Source of the DNA: Actinomycetota bacterium | GTDB lineage: Bacteria; Actinomycetota; Actinomycetes; Nanopelagicales; Nanopelagicaceae | Reading direction: 5' to 3' | NCBI GenBank assembly: GCA_026392765.1 | Contig: JAPLBL010000033.1 | Coordinates: 1-51,318, forward strand | Length of the DNA stretch: 51,318 bases | Shown: positions 39,648-49,680 of the stretch, piece by piece | How the letters are laid out: each line of letters starts with the position of its first letter | How positions within the stretch are numbered: the stretch's first letter is position 1 | Program-made: the position numbers and the translations under genes | The notes under the pieces: model-generated | What the model was told of the DNA's origin: nothing | The model's database searches: none | Seen by the model: only the letters and a program-made list of their open reading frames with translations

Positions 39648-40935
39648 TTTGATTCCTGCAACTATCGGTTGCAGGTTTTGTTGTTGGTTTCTTAGTCGGT
39701 GCTGGTGGGGGAGTTGGTCCCTGTTCAATAGTGAGAACCAGTGGCTGCTTAATCTCAGCGTGAGTACCTGATGCATCTTTGAATCCAACGTTGCCAACCC
39801 ATGTTCCAGCTGGCAATCCTGCAATAGATAGCTTCCATGAACCGCTTGTCTCTCGAGCAATAGTTTGTGTGACCTTCGGAACCACTTGATTAGTTGAGTT
39901 GAAGTAGTACTTCACAGCTCCAGTTACAACAGGTGAGTTATCTGGGCGCTTTACTTCAACTGAAATCACCGCATTCTTATTTGTGGTCGAGGCAAATACA
40001 GATGTAATCGTCATCGTCGTGGTCTCACCTTGGGGCATGAAATCTGCTGGATCAGGAAGCCATGTACCAGTGAGCAAACTTTGGAATTTTTCTGGGGTTC
40101 CACTAAAAACATTGAGATCTAAACGATTTCCTGGAACGCCATATTTCGGTGCAATTCCACATGATGTGTATTGCCATACAGTCCAATTTGCAGCACATTG
40201 CGCCGTTGTCCATGAGTGAACGTAGCAGCCCGCAGCTTTCACATTGGGCTTAGCTCCTTCTTTAGCAGGGTCAATTGCATATTGAGCAATCCACAAGGGG
40301 TAGCTACTCAACTCTTTATCGCGCACGAGTGAGTTTTCAAGAAAATGTGGAGAAGAATAAATAAAAGGGGTGCGACCTGTCTTATCTTTCACAGTCTTAA
40401 GAAAGGTTTTTGCCCACAACGTTGCGGCGCTACGCGTTGCATACTTCTTACAGACCTTTGTTGAACTTACTTGCACGCAGTTGTTTTCAAGATCGAGTGC
40501 AATGGGCAAATCTTTATCGTTATACCCACCCAGGGATGCAATTCTCCAGACAACTTTCTGCGCCTGAACCCGAGCATCCCGAGCGATTGCCGAAGGAGAT
40601 GTGACGTTGGGAAGGATTGCATAGTGATAGAAGCCTGTGTAAATGCCGGCATCTTGTGCACCTGTGCGATCCATCTTCAGATACTTCACCGAAACTAGAT
40701 CTGCATCATCACGAGTATCTGAGGCCTTAATCATGACGAATGCAATACCTGCAGCGTGCATCTTCTGAAAATTAATAGGTTTTCCATCCGGATGTTGCCA
40801 GCGACTGATGTCAGCACCATGCAGACGGCCACCGGGGCCAATCAGATTGAGGTCAGTTGCTTGTGCTGGTGAAATAGATTGAATAGAAAATGAGAGAAAG
40901 GTGAGACAGGAGAGAAGTGAGAGAAATTTCTTCAC
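39637..40935 (-). CDS. secreted GH25 family lysozyme/muramidase with a C-terminal Ig-like region and Pro/Thr/Lys tail
   Basis: Signal peptide; GADISRWQ, FVMIKAS, GFYHY, ALDLE (DxE), LWIAQY, WQYTS, DLNVF. Confidence 0.88.
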   Translation of the reverse strand: MKKFLSLLSCLTFLSFSIQSISPAQATDLNLIGPGGRLHGADISRWQHPDGKPINFQKMHAAGIAFVMIKASDTRDDADLVSVKYLKMDRTGAQDAGIYTGFYHYAILPNVTSPSAIARDARVQAQKVVWRIASLGGYNDKDLPIALDLENNCVQVSSTKVCKKYATRSAATLWAKTFLKTVKDKTGRTPFIYSSPHFLENSLVRDKELSSYPLWIAQYAIDPAKEGAKPNVKAAGCYVHSWTTAQCAANWTVWQYTSCGIAPKYGVPGNRLDLNVFSGTPEKFQSLLTGTWLPDPADFMPQGETTTMTITSVFASTTNKNAVISVEVKRPDNSPVVTGAVKYYFNSTNQVVPKVTQTIARETSGSWKLSIAGLPAGTWVGNVGFKDASGTHAEIKQPLVLTIEQGPTPPPAPTKKPTTKPATDSCRNQIKN

Positions 40936-41201
40936 TTTTCGACCACTACAACGCTGTGGCCAAAGACATCAAAGATTGCGCTCTGTAGAAGGGAACGATG
41001 ACGTAATCGCGCCTCTTGATAGTCATGGCCGGTAGCAAGTTTGTTGCTATCTCTGAAATCGAGAGCTAGGCGTCCATTTTCAAAGGATTCGAGGCGTGCA
41101 TCAAAGTAGGCAATCCACACAACTCGGTCACGACTTTCAACAAGATCGAGAACTTCATTCCAGCGCTGACGTAGTTCAGCAAGGGTAAGTTCTGCGGGCA
41201 T
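40932..41201 (-). CDS. small hypothetical protein resembling the DnaX C-terminal or DnaA N-terminal alpha/beta domain
   Basis: LRQRWNEVLDLV...W...A.LESFENGRLALDF...LQSAIFDVFG; GTGA overlap with the GH25 gene; -10 TAAAGT 6 nt before the ATG. Confidence 0.6.
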   Translation of the reverse strand: MPAELTLAELRQRWNEVLDLVESRDRVVWIAYFDARLESFENGRLALDFRDSNKLATGHDYQEARLRHRSLLQSAIFDVFGHSVVVVEK

Positions 41202-41224
41202 GCCGCGACTTTACCGCACAGGAG

Positions 41225-41911
41225 TTAATGTCTAGGTGCGCCGAGCCATTTGAAGTATTCGCCGGCCAAAATCACACGAAGATTACGACTTCGATCTGGA
41301 GATATTGCAAGGTGTTGTGCGATGCGCGCCACTATTTGTTCCACTGATTTTTCTGAAACAAAACGGACGCGGGCTATCTCAGAGTTACTTAGGCCTTGTG
41401 CCACAAGGCGCAACGTCTCAATTTGAATATCAGTAAGGTCACTCAAAATGCTGATGAACGAATTCTCATGAATATCAGCGTGGATACTGATCCATTTCAT
41501 AGCAGATCCATCGTGTGCCGACTCCATACTCTCTGTCAGCGCGAAAGTAATGATGGATAGATCTGAGACAGAGCGCTTGAGAATGATTTTGCTCCCAAGC
41601 GGGATGTTCTTTTCAAGGAGTCCAAAGAGCCTTAAATCTGGGCAAGATGTAATGATGACGATTCCAAGCTCAGGATCCACTTTTCTAAAACGTTGCAGTA
41701 ATCCAACTGCTTCTTCACCTGAGAATTGCAGATCAATCATGACAATTTCTGGCTGAAGTGAACGAAAGAGATTCTCGGCTACGAAGATATTGGAGGCTTC
41801 TCCGACAATATTGGTGCTGTGCAATCGAAGTGATGCAGACATTGTGGCGAGTTCGAATGCATCATCGTTGATGAGCAAGACTCGCGCTGGATTCGCCAGA
41901 GTTTTAACCAT
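41225..41911 (-). CDS. NarL/LuxR family response regulator (no cognate kinase evident)
   Basis: Receiver RVLLINDD...VMIDL...S...K; HTH LVAQGLSNSEIARVRFVSEKSVE. Confidence 0.88.
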   Translation of the reverse strand: MVKTLANPARVLLINDDAFELATMSASLRLHSTNIVGEASNIFVAENLFRSLQPEIVMIDLQFSGEEAVGLLQRFRKVDPELGIVIITSCPDLRLFGLLEKNIPLGSKIILKRSVSDLSIITFALTESMESAHDGSAMKWISIHADIHENSFISILSDLTDIQIETLRLVAQGLSNSEIARVRFVSEKSVEQIVARIAQHLAISPDRSRNLRVILAGEYFKWLGAPRH

Positions 41912-41969
41912 AGATAAGGGTAGTTCCCGTTTAATGGTTTATACGAGAAGGGATATCCCTAGAGTGAAG

Positions 41970-42659
41970 CTATGCCTCGAATTTATAGCCTAATCCACGA
42001 ATAGTTTGAATGAGAACAGGATTAGCTGGGTCTACCTCAATCTTTGAGCGCAGACGCTTAATATGAACATCGAGAGTCTTTGTATCACCGTAGTAATCCC
42101 CACCCCACACCCGATCGATCAGTTGTCCGCGAGTAAGAACACGTCCTTCATTACGAAGTAGGAATTCAAGTAGTTCAAACTCTTTTAATGGGAGAGGAAT
42201 CAAATTGCCATTGACAGTTACTTGATGGCGTTCGATATCCATGCGGATACCGGCAGCAGTGTGGATTCCGCTGGATTCTGATCCAGATGACTCTTCAGGA
42301 GTTCCGCGGCGCAATACAGCTTTGATGCGCGCTACAAGTTCGCGAGCAGAGTATGGCTTTGTTACATAGTCATCTGCGCCAAGTTCTAATCCAACAACCT
42401 TATCTACCTCAGAGTCTTTTGCAGTGAGCATAATGATGGGAACTTGTGAAGTTGTGCGAATAGTTCTGCAGACATCGATACCTGAAATCTCAGGAATCAT
42501 GAGATCAAGAAGGACTAAGTCGAATGTGCTCTTATTAAAGGATGCGATACCTGCCTTGCCTGTCTCGGCAACTTCAGTCTGGAAGCCTTCTTTTTCCAGA
42601 AGGAAGCTCAGCGCTTCAGAGAAAGAGATTTCATCTTCAATAATTAGAATTCTTGTCAT
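41970..42659 (-). CDS. regX3: phosphate-response regulator RegX3/PhoP
   Basis: IIEDE, LLDLM, LTAKDSEVDKVVGLELGADDY, LPLKEFELLE, GDTKTLDVHIKRLR. Confidence 0.93.
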   Translation of the reverse strand: MTRILIIEDEISFSEALSFLLEKEGFQTEVAETGKAGIASFNKSTFDLVLLDLMIPEISGIDVCRTIRTTSQVPIIMLTAKDSEVDKVVGLELGADDYVTKPYSARELVARIKAVLRRGTPEESSGSESSGIHTAAGIRMDIERHQVTVNGNLIPLPLKEFELLEFLLRNEGRVLTRGQLIDRVWGGDYYGDTKTLDVHIKRLRSKIEVDPANPVLIQTIRGLGYKFEA

Positions 42660-43717
42660 TCTCGAGTTTCTCCATTGGCGTTGTTATACACGGGTAAGCG
42701 AAATGCAAAGGTTGATCCAACGTTCTGTGAGCTCCACACTTTAATCTCGCCGCCGTGTTTAGCAGCGACATGTTTAACGATGGAAAGTCCCAAGCCGGTG
42801 CCACCTGTCTCGCGGGAGCGTGCTGGATCGACTCGATAGAAACGTTCAAAGATTCGCTCGAGATCAGACTCAGGAATACCAATTCCTTGATCGGCCACAG
42901 AGATTGTCACGATTTCATCTTCAAGACTTGTCGAGATGGAAACTTTTGTATTTTCAGGGGAGTAGTTGATGGCATTCTCAATAAGGTTGTGAATGGCCAT
43001 AAGAAGTTGATCCCTGTCACCAAATACGGTTACTTGAACTTGCTCAGATACTGCTAATCCAATATTTCGTGCCTCTGATGTTGTCTGGCATTGATCGACT
43101 GCTTCTGCAATCAGATCACCGAGAACAAGTGGTTCTGCCACTTGAAGTGGATCCGAATCTTGTAGGCGAGAAAGATTAATGATTTCTTGGACAAGGTCAG
43201 TCAATCGCTTTGCTTCTTGCTGCATGCGTGAGGCAAATTTCTCAACAGCAGCAGGCTCATGCTTTGCAGAGAGGACTGCCTCACTTAACAGTGAAAGTGC
43301 ACCAATCGGCGTTTTGAGCTCATGTGAAATATTCGCAACAAAATCGCGACGGACTTCATGCACACGCTCTGCTTCACTCTCATCACTGAGTAGGACAAGA
43401 ATTTGCAACTCTTTCTTAAGTGAAATTACCTTGACAGTTAATTCACGTAAGCCTTCACCGATGGGACCGCGAGGAACTTCGATCTTTCCACTTTGCGTAA
43501 TACCAGTTCTGCGGACAACGCGAATGATTGCAAGGAGCTCAGGGCTAAGTAATCGCCCATCTTTCATTACATTGAGGGTATCTAATCCAGATGTTGCAAA
43601 GAGTGGAACATCACCCGGGGCTAGAAGAAGTGCATCTTGATCTAGCTGTTCAAGGACTTCAAAGAGAATTGCAGGGTCTTCGATGCGGGTCGTTTCCTCA
43701 GATCTCCGAAGCCACAT
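42656..43717 (-). CDS. senX3: phosphate sensor histidine kinase SenX3/PhoR (no TM helix)
   Basis: RRDFVANISHELKTP, NLIENAINYS, DQGIGI, FERFYRVD, GGTGLGL. Confidence 0.92.
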   Translation of the reverse strand: MWLRRSEETTRIEDPAILFEVLEQLDQDALLLAPGDVPLFATSGLDTLNVMKDGRLLSPELLAIIRVVRRTGITQSGKIEVPRGPIGEGLRELTVKVISLKKELQILVLLSDESEAERVHEVRRDFVANISHELKTPIGALSLLSEAVLSAKHEPAAVEKFASRMQQEAKRLTDLVQEIINLSRLQDSDPLQVAEPLVLGDLIAEAVDQCQTTSEARNIGLAVSEQVQVTVFGDRDQLLMAIHNLIENAINYSPENTKVSISTSLEDEIVTISVADQGIGIPESDLERIFERFYRVDPARSRETGGTGLGLSIVKHVAAKHGGEIKVWSSQNVGSTFAFRLPVYNNANGETRE

Positions 43718-43745
43718 GCCGTAAGAGTAATGGCTGAAAAGGCCT

Positions 43746-43785
43746 GTTTACCGTCCGTTCATTCCTATGACTTTCATTATTCACC
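43746..43785 (+). promoter_or_regulatory. PHO box repeats between senX3 and phoU
   Basis: GTTTACC (43746), GTTCATT (43757) and ATTCACC (43779) on an 11-nt register; resembles the Streptomyces PhoP repeat GTTCACC. Confidence 0.72.
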
Positions 43786-43806
43786 GAACCCCCCTAGTTT
43801 TGCCCC

Positions 43807-44463
43807 ATGGCACTTATTCGTTCAGTCTTCCAAGATGAGTTAGATGGCGTCTCTCAGTCTCTTGTTGACCTCTCCAAGATGGTCGCCGAATCCATGAAGA
43901 AGGCAACGGAGGCGCTACTAGGTGCCGAGCTTCGAGTCGCAGAAGAAGTTATCTCTGCAGATGAAAAAATTGATGATTTTCAACATGAACTAGATAGTCG
44001 CATCATTGACATCATTGCGCGTCAGCAACCTGTTGCATCTGATCTGCGTGCACTCATCACAGCTCTTCGTATGAGCGCTGACCTTGAGCGAATGGGCGAT
44101 CTTTCGCACCACATCGCCAAGATTGCACGTCTTCGCCATCCAGAGGTTGCTGTCCCTCAAGATCTTCATGACATTGTCCGCCACATGGGTGATGCCACAA
44201 CAAAGATTGCTGAAAAAGTGGGAACAGTTATTGAAAGTCGCAACACAAATATGGCTCTGGAACTTGAACAAGATGATGACGTCATCGACACATTGCATCG
44301 CGAACTAATCGGAAAATTGACTTCAGGGTCATGGGATAAGGGCGTTGCCGCTGCTGTGGATATGACTCTGCTAGGTCGCTACTACGAGCGTTTTGCAGAC
44401 CATGCGGTCTCTGTCTCGCGTCGTGTCTACTTCCTTGTTACCGGCGAATTCGCAAAGCACTAA
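43807..44463 (+). CDS. phoU: phosphate signalling protein PhoU
   Basis: ARQQPVASDLR, DLERMGD, DDVID, GRYYERFADHA. Confidence 0.96.
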   Translation: MALIRSVFQDELDGVSQSLVDLSKMVAESMKKATEALLGAELRVAEEVISADEKIDDFQHELDSRIIDIIARQQPVASDLRALITALRMSADLERMGDLSHHIAKIARLRHPEVAVPQDLHDIVRHMGDATTKIAEKVGTVIESRNTNMALELEQDDDVIDTLHRELIGKLTSGSWDKGVAAAVDMTLLGRYYERFADHAVSVSRRVYFLVTGEFAKH

Positions 44464-44502
44464 ACCTTTCATTCTTCACCGCGCTCAAGTAGAGTCGCGC
44501 CC

Positions 44503-45660
44503 ATGACTTACACACCCACACCTGCAGATAAATTCACATTCGGACTCTGGACTGTCGGTTGGCAAGCACGCGATCCATTCGGTGATCCAACCCGTGAAGC
44601 TCTCGATCCAGTTCGCACAGTCAATGAACTCGCAGCCCGTGGTGCATACGGTGTGACATTCCATGATGATGACTTGTTCCCATTTGGTTCTGATGATTCA
44701 ACTCGCCAAGGACATATCGATCGCTTTAAGAAGGCACTGGCTGAGACTGGAATGAAAGTTCCGATGGCCACTACAAACCTCTTTAGCCATCCCGTCTTTA
44801 AAGATGGAGCGCTGACCAGTAACGATCGCGATATTCGCCGCTTTGCCATTCGCAAGGCGATGCGCAATATTGATTTGGCTGTTGATTTGGGCGCAAAGAT
44901 TTATGTCTGCTGGGGCGGACGTGAAGGTGCTGAATCTGAAAGCTCAAAGGATGCCTTTGTAGCACTTGAGCGTTATGCAGAAGGATTTAACATCCTTGGT
45001 CAGTATGTGATTGATAAGGGTTATGACATTAAGTTTGCAATTGAACCTAAGCCCAATGAGCCACGTGGAGATATCTTCCTTCCAACTATTGGCCACGCAC
45101 TTGGCTTTATTGAAATGCTCGATCATCCAGAGATGGTCGGACTTAATCCTGAAGTTGGCCACGAGCAGATGGCTAACCTGAACTTTGTTCACGGAATTGC
45201 ACAAGCGCTCTGGCAGAAGAAGTTATTCCACATCGATCTCAACGGTCAGCGCGGTCCAAAGTATGATCAGGACTTTGTCTTTGGCCATGGCGATGTTAAG
45301 AGCGCCTTCTTCCTCGTGGATCTCCTTGAGAGATACGGATATGCAGGGCCTAAGCACTTTGATTACAAGCCTGTGCGCACCGATGGTGATTCAGGGGTCT
45401 GGGCATCTGCAACATCGAATATGCGTATGTACTTGGTCCTTAAGGAGCGCGCAGCTGCATTCCGCAAGGATCCACGAGTCATCGCAGGGATGAAGGAATC
45501 AAATATTCCAGGACTTTCAGAGCCGACTCTTGCAAAGGGTGAGACATGGAAGGATCTTGCAAAGGATTCATTTGATGCTGATGTCGCCGGAAAGCGTGGT
45601 TATGGATATGAAATCCTGGACCAACTCGCTATGGAGCATTTGATGGGCGTCACTGCTTAA
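44503..45660 (+). CDS. xylA: xylose isomerase (class I, Streptomyces-type)
   Basis: [50 protein letters not shown]. Confidence 0.96.
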   Translation: MTYTPTPADKFTFGLWTVGWQARDPFGDPTREALDPVRTVNELAARGAYGVTFHDDDLFPFGSDDSTRQGHIDRFKKALAETGMKVPMATTNLFSHPVFKDGALTSNDRDIRRFAIRKAMRNIDLAVDLGAKIYVCWGGREGAESESSKDAFVALERYAEGFNILGQYVIDKGYDIKFAIEPKPNEPRGDIFLPTIGHALGFIEMLDHPEMVGLNPEVGHEQMANLNFVHGIAQALWQKKLFHIDLNGQRGPKYDQDFVFGHGDVKSAFFLVDLLERYGYAGPKHFDYKPVRTDGDSGVWASATSNMRMYLVLKERAAAFRKDPRVIAGMKESNIPGLSEPTLAKGETWKDLAKDSFDADVAGKRGYGYEILDQLAMEHLMGVTA

Positions 45661-45678
45661 TCTCGTTACACTTCGAAA

Positions 45679-46593
45679 ATGCGTTTAGGTGTGCTTGATG
45701 TTGGTTCCAATACCATTCATCTACAGGTTATTGATGGCTACTTAGGTGGACCACCAATCCCTAATTCATCTCATAAATCAATTATTCGTCTGACGGAATA
45801 TCTTGATGAGGCAGGTTCGATTACGGAAATTGGTGTTGATCGAATCACAGATGCAATTGCGACAAATATTAAGAGTGCTGAGCATTTGAAAATTGATGAA
45901 CTATTAGCTTTTGCAACCTCGGCAATTCGTGAAGCAAATAACTCGGATGAAGTTATTGCGCATGTGAATAAGACCTGCAATATCGATTTGCAAGTTTTAA
46001 GTGGTGAAGAGGAAGCCCGCTTTACATTCCTTGCAGCACGGCGATGGCTAGGTTGGTCATCTGGAGATCTCCTTGTGCTCGATATTGGTGGTGGATCTCT
46101 AGAAATAGCACGCGGTGCTGAGGAAGATCCAGTTTTTAAGACTTCGATGCAACTCGGTGCTGGACGACTTACTCGCACATTCTTAAAAGGTGATCCATTT
46201 ACCTCTAAATCATTGAAGGCGCTAGAAGAATATCTAGAAGAGAAAATTGATCCACTTGCTGCATTTTTGTCTACTTTTGAGAAAGATAATGCAGCTGGCA
46301 CAAGTAAGACATTTAGAACGCTAGCTAAACTCTCGCAGAATTACTATCCGAAGTTTGGGCCACACCTGACTTTAAACGCCCTTGAAGAGTTGGTTCCAAA
46401 GTTGCAGGCACTAAACGTTGATGGACGTATGGAGCTTCAATCTGTTTCAGCAGAACGTGCGCCCCAGATAGTCGCTGGTGCGATGGTGGCTAGACAACTC
46501 ATGCAAACTCTGGAATTGAAAGAGATTCGTATCTGCCCATGGGCGCTACGAGAGGGAATAGTTCTACACAGACTCGATTGGATCGAGCGCTAA
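45679..46593 (+). CDS. ppx: Ppx/GppA family exopolyphosphatase
   Basis: LDVGSNT, ATSAIREA, LSGEEEA, DIGGGSLE, WALREG. Confidence 0.92.
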   Translation: MRLGVLDVGSNTIHLQVIDGYLGGPPIPNSSHKSIIRLTEYLDEAGSITEIGVDRITDAIATNIKSAEHLKIDELLAFATSAIREANNSDEVIAHVNKTCNIDLQVLSGEEEARFTFLAARRWLGWSSGDLLVLDIGGGSLEIARGAEEDPVFKTSMQLGAGRLTRTFLKGDPFTSKSLKALEEYLEEKIDPLAAFLSTFEKDNAAGTSKTFRTLAKLSQNYYPKFGPHLTLNALEELVPKLQALNVDGRMELQSVSAERAPQIVAGAMVARQLMQTLELKEIRICPWALREGIVLHRLDWIER

Positions 46594-47468
46594 TTCTTAA
46601 TGCTTAAGTAATCCAAACCAACAATTTCGCCTTGCACGCGGTGAACAATCCACGCGTCCCCTGGCTCAAGTTTGATGAGATCCTTATTCTTAAGCTTTGT
46701 ATTGAGGATTCCTCGTAGCATTGTTGGAATTACTGGATTATGACTACATATCAATATGTTCTTCTCATCTTGCTTCAGAGCATTGGCAAAGGCAACCGCT
46801 CGCTGTGGATCACTCTCAAATGTCTCTTCATTCAAACTAGGCACCTGAGTCATGGCCAACCCACGTGAGTGGGAGAGGGGAGTCACTGTCTGAACGCATC
46901 GCGTGTAATTGGATGTGTAGACCTCATCGATAGCAAAAGGCTCTAAGTGTTTGATGAGCAATTGTGCTTGATCAAAACCAACTTCATTAAGAGTGCGTTC
47001 TGAGTCAACTTCATCCCAGTCACCTCGCTCGAGTGCTTTTGTGTGGCGAAGGATAATCAAAGTATCGGTACGCGGTTCTTCCAATTGGAAATTTGCAATC
47101 ATCTGACGATCTGAGTCATACGTTGCTTTTGCCAAAGCTTCTTCCGGCGTAAGCCACTCGAGTTGATCCACTTCCTCATTGGAAACAAATGTGCTGGCAT
47201 GTAGTGGGCATTGAGCTGCCCAGAAAAGCACTCGCTTTTTCTCACCACTCTCTTCATAGTCAACCGATCCCAGTTGACGTGTAAACCTCGCCTTGATGCC
47301 AGTCTCTTCAATCAGTTCACGATACGCACATTCAAGAGCCGTCTCACCCTCTTCTATCTTGCCTTTGGGCAGAGTCCAATCGTCATACTTTGGACGGTGA
47401 ATGAGAGCGATCTCGATATTTCGCGGATCTACTTCTCGCCAGAGTAAAGCACCCGCTGCTCTAATCAT
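46590..47468 (-). CDS. NUDIX hydrolase fused to a histidine-phosphatase domain (MutT1-like)
   Basis: HRPKYDDWTLPKGK...RELIEETG Nudix box; ILRH...DSERTL...RCVQTV...CSH. Confidence 0.92.
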   Translation of the reverse strand: MIRAAGALLWREVDPRNIEIALIHRPKYDDWTLPKGKIEEGETALECAYRELIEETGIKARFTRQLGSVDYEESGEKKRVLFWAAQCPLHASTFVSNEEVDQLEWLTPEEALAKATYDSDRQMIANFQLEEPRTDTLIILRHTKALERGDWDEVDSERTLNEVGFDQAQLLIKHLEPFAIDEVYTSNYTRCVQTVTPLSHSRGLAMTQVPSLNEETFESDPQRAVAFANALKQDEKNILICSHNPVIPTMLRGILNTKLKNKDLIKLEPGDAWIVHRVQGEIVGLDYLSIKN

Positions 47469-49528
47469 GAGCGGTTATGTTTTTCAATAAAGTGATCTTG
47501 AAAGTTGACCAAGTTTTCCCCTTCGGGACTACGAGTACTTCGAATCCATTCATTATCTCCGCTAAGTTTCCACGTTGAGTACACATCGGAGACTGAATCA
47601 TCAAGGATAGATTTCAACTTCTCTTTGTGTTTTTCTGAGTCAATTCGAACTAGTGCTTCAACACGGCGATCCAAGTTTCGATGCATGACATCTGCGCTGC
47701 CAATAAAGTAATCCTCAGCACCATCATTGCGGAAGTAGTAAATACGAGAGTGCTCAAGGAAGCGACCGAGAATGGAGCGAACCTTAATATTCTCGCGACG
47801 AGCTTGGTTGTTAATTTGAATTGAGCAAATTCCACGAACGATGATTTCAACCTTCACGCCAGCTTCGGCAGCCTCATACAGATTGGCGATGATTTCTTCA
47901 TCAAGGAGAGAATTGAGCTTTAATCGAATCCAGGAGGGCTTGCCATCGAGATGATTCTTAATCTCTCGCTGGATTCGCATGATTAAGCTCTTACGAAGAC
48001 TGTGAGGGGCAACAAGAATTCTTGAATAGTCATGCTTTGTTGAATGGCCTGAAAGTTCATTGAAAAGGCGTGAGAGATCTTCTCCAAGGACTGGGTCTGC
48101 ACTTAAGAGACCTAAATCGTCATAGAAGCGAGCAGTCTTTGGGTTGTAGTTACCTGTTCCAACGTGGCAGTAGCGGCGAAGTACATCGCCTTCTTCACGC
48201 ACTACAAGAGATAACTTTGCGTGGGTCTTAAGTCCCATCAACCCATAAACAACGTGAACACCAACTTCTTCAAGTTTTCTAGCCCAGCGCACGTTCGCCA
48301 TTTCATCAAAGCGTGCACGAATTTCAATCACTGCAAGTACTTGCTTACCGGCCTCTGCTGCCTCAATGAGCGCTTCAACAATAGGTGAATCACCTGAAGT
48401 TCTATAGAGAGTCTGCTTAATAGCCAGTACATGTGGGTCTTGCGCTGCATTTTCAAGGAGCTTTACTACTGAGGATGTAAAGGATTGGTAGGGGTGGTGA
48501 AGGAGAATTTCTCCCTTACGTAGGGCTGCAAAGTAGGAATCAGTTGAAGCAGGGTCAACATCTCGAAGCTCAGGGGCCGTATCACTTCTAAATGGCTTGT
48601 ACTTCAGATGCGGCAAGTCAAGATCTGCAATTTGATTCAGGCTTCGAAGGTCTAATGGACTGTCATATTTGATGACGTCGTGAGGCTCAATTTGAAGTTC
48701 ATCCATTAATTCATTGAGAACTTCTGGGTGAATGACCTTATCTACTTCAAGGCGAACTGGTGGTCCAAATCTACGACGAGTAAGTTCCTTCTCCATCGTC
48801 TCGAGAATATCTTCTGTCTCATCTTCATCAAGGTCGAGATCTTGGTTTCGTGTGACACGAAAGAAGAAGTGATCTTTGAGCTTTACTCCAGGAAAGAGCT
48901 CAGGTAGGTGTTCAGCGATGAGGTCATCAATAAGGACAAAACGAATCTTGTTTGCATCTGATGTTCTAATGAAACGTGGAAGATTTGAAGGGACCTTGAC
49001 GCGAGCAAAGCTGATGTCGTGATCCTCACTCGACTCAATATTCACACCAATGTTGAGTGAGAGTCCTGAGATATATGGAAATGGGTGAGATGGATCTACA
49101 ACTAGGGGAGTGAGTACAGGAAAAATTCGATTGTTATAGTAATGCTTCAAATCTTCTCGCTCTGAGTCAGTGACCTCAGAAATCTTTAAAAACTCGATAC
49201 CTTCTTTGCGAAGCTCAGGCACAATCTCATCACGAAAACGTTCTGCCTGAGTATTGACCAGAACTTGGGTTCTCTTAAGTACCAAATCCAGCAACTCTTT
49301 TGGGGCATACCCGGCGCTATTGATGGTCGTGCTTCCTCGTTCGATCTTCGCCTTGATGGAAGCAACGCGCACCATAAAGAACTCATCAAGGTTGGAGGAG
49401 AAGATTGCCAAGAAGCGAAGGCGTTCAAGAAGGGGAATTGTTGGGTCTGCCGAGAGTTCCAATACGCGTGTATCGAAGTCGAGCCAGCTCAGCTCTCGAT
49501 CTTGATAGTTAGATGGCATTTCTCTCAC
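47465..49528 (-). CDS. ppk: polyphosphate kinase 1
   Basis: RELSWLDF, SSNLDEFFMVRVA, HPFPYISG, LLHHPY, KQTLYRTS, KTHAK, RFLEHSR. GTG start 6 nt after CATGCT; ATG at 49519 is an alternative. Confidence 0.96.
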   Translation of the reverse strand: MREMPSNYQDRELSWLDFDTRVLELSADPTIPLLERLRFLAIFSSNLDEFFMVRVASIKAKIERGSTTINSAGYAPKELLDLVLKRTQVLVNTQAERFRDEIVPELRKEGIEFLKISEVTDSEREDLKHYYNNRIFPVLTPLVVDPSHPFPYISGLSLNIGVNIESSEDHDISFARVKVPSNLPRFIRTSDANKIRFVLIDDLIAEHLPELFPGVKLKDHFFFRVTRNQDLDLDEDETEDILETMEKELTRRRFGPPVRLEVDKVIHPEVLNELMDELQIEPHDVIKYDSPLDLRSLNQIADLDLPHLKYKPFRSDTAPELRDVDPASTDSYFAALRKGEILLHHPYQSFTSSVVKLLENAAQDPHVLAIKQTLYRTSGDSPIVEALIEAAEAGKQVLAVIEIRARFDEMANVRWARKLEEVGVHVVYGLMGLKTHAKLSLVVREEGDVLRRYCHVGTGNYNPKTARFYDDLGLLSADPVLGEDLSRLFNELSGHSTKHDYSRILVAPHSLRKSLIMRIQREIKNHLDGKPSWIRLKLNSLLDEEIIANLYEAAEAGVKVEIIVRGICSIQINNQARRENIKVRSILGRFLEHSRIYYFRNDGAEDYFIGSADVMHRNLDRRVEALVRIDSEKHKEKLKSILDDSVSDVYSTWKLSGDNEWIRSTRSPEGENLVNFQDHFIEKHNRS

Positions 49529-49549
49529 TGCTCCAGCATGGCTCAAATA

Positions 49550-49578
49550 GATGAATAACAGGTAATCGGTCTATGAAC
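49550..49578 (-). promoter_or_regulatory. PHO box repeats upstream of ppk
   Basis: Minus strand GTTCATA-gacc-GATTACC-tgtt-ATTCATC with an 11-nt period. Confidence 0.65.
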
Positions 49579-49593
49579 GGAACAATTCCGAAG

Positions 49594-49667
49594 TGAGGCG
49601 GGTCGGGCTCGAACCGACGACGACCGAATTATGAGTTCGGGGCTCTAACCAACTGAGCTACCGCCTC
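49594..49667 (-). tRNA. tRNA with CAT anticodon (probably Ile2/lysidine; elongator Met not excluded)
   Basis: Acceptor stem GAGGCGG/CCGCCTC, anticodon arm CCGAA-CTCATAA-TTCGG, T-loop TTCGAGC. Lacks initiator features; CCA not encoded. Confidence 0.9.
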
Positions 49668-49680
49668 GTCGTCGCCAATC

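Noticed and set aside
39637-40935. GH25 lysozyme as a prophage endolysin
   Set aside because: It has a Sec signal peptide and no holin or phage structural genes nearby; more likely a host autolysin.
44474-44480. CTTCACC 16 nt before the xylA -10 as a PHO box
   Set aside because: Only one half-site, with no partner on the 11-nt register; could be chance.
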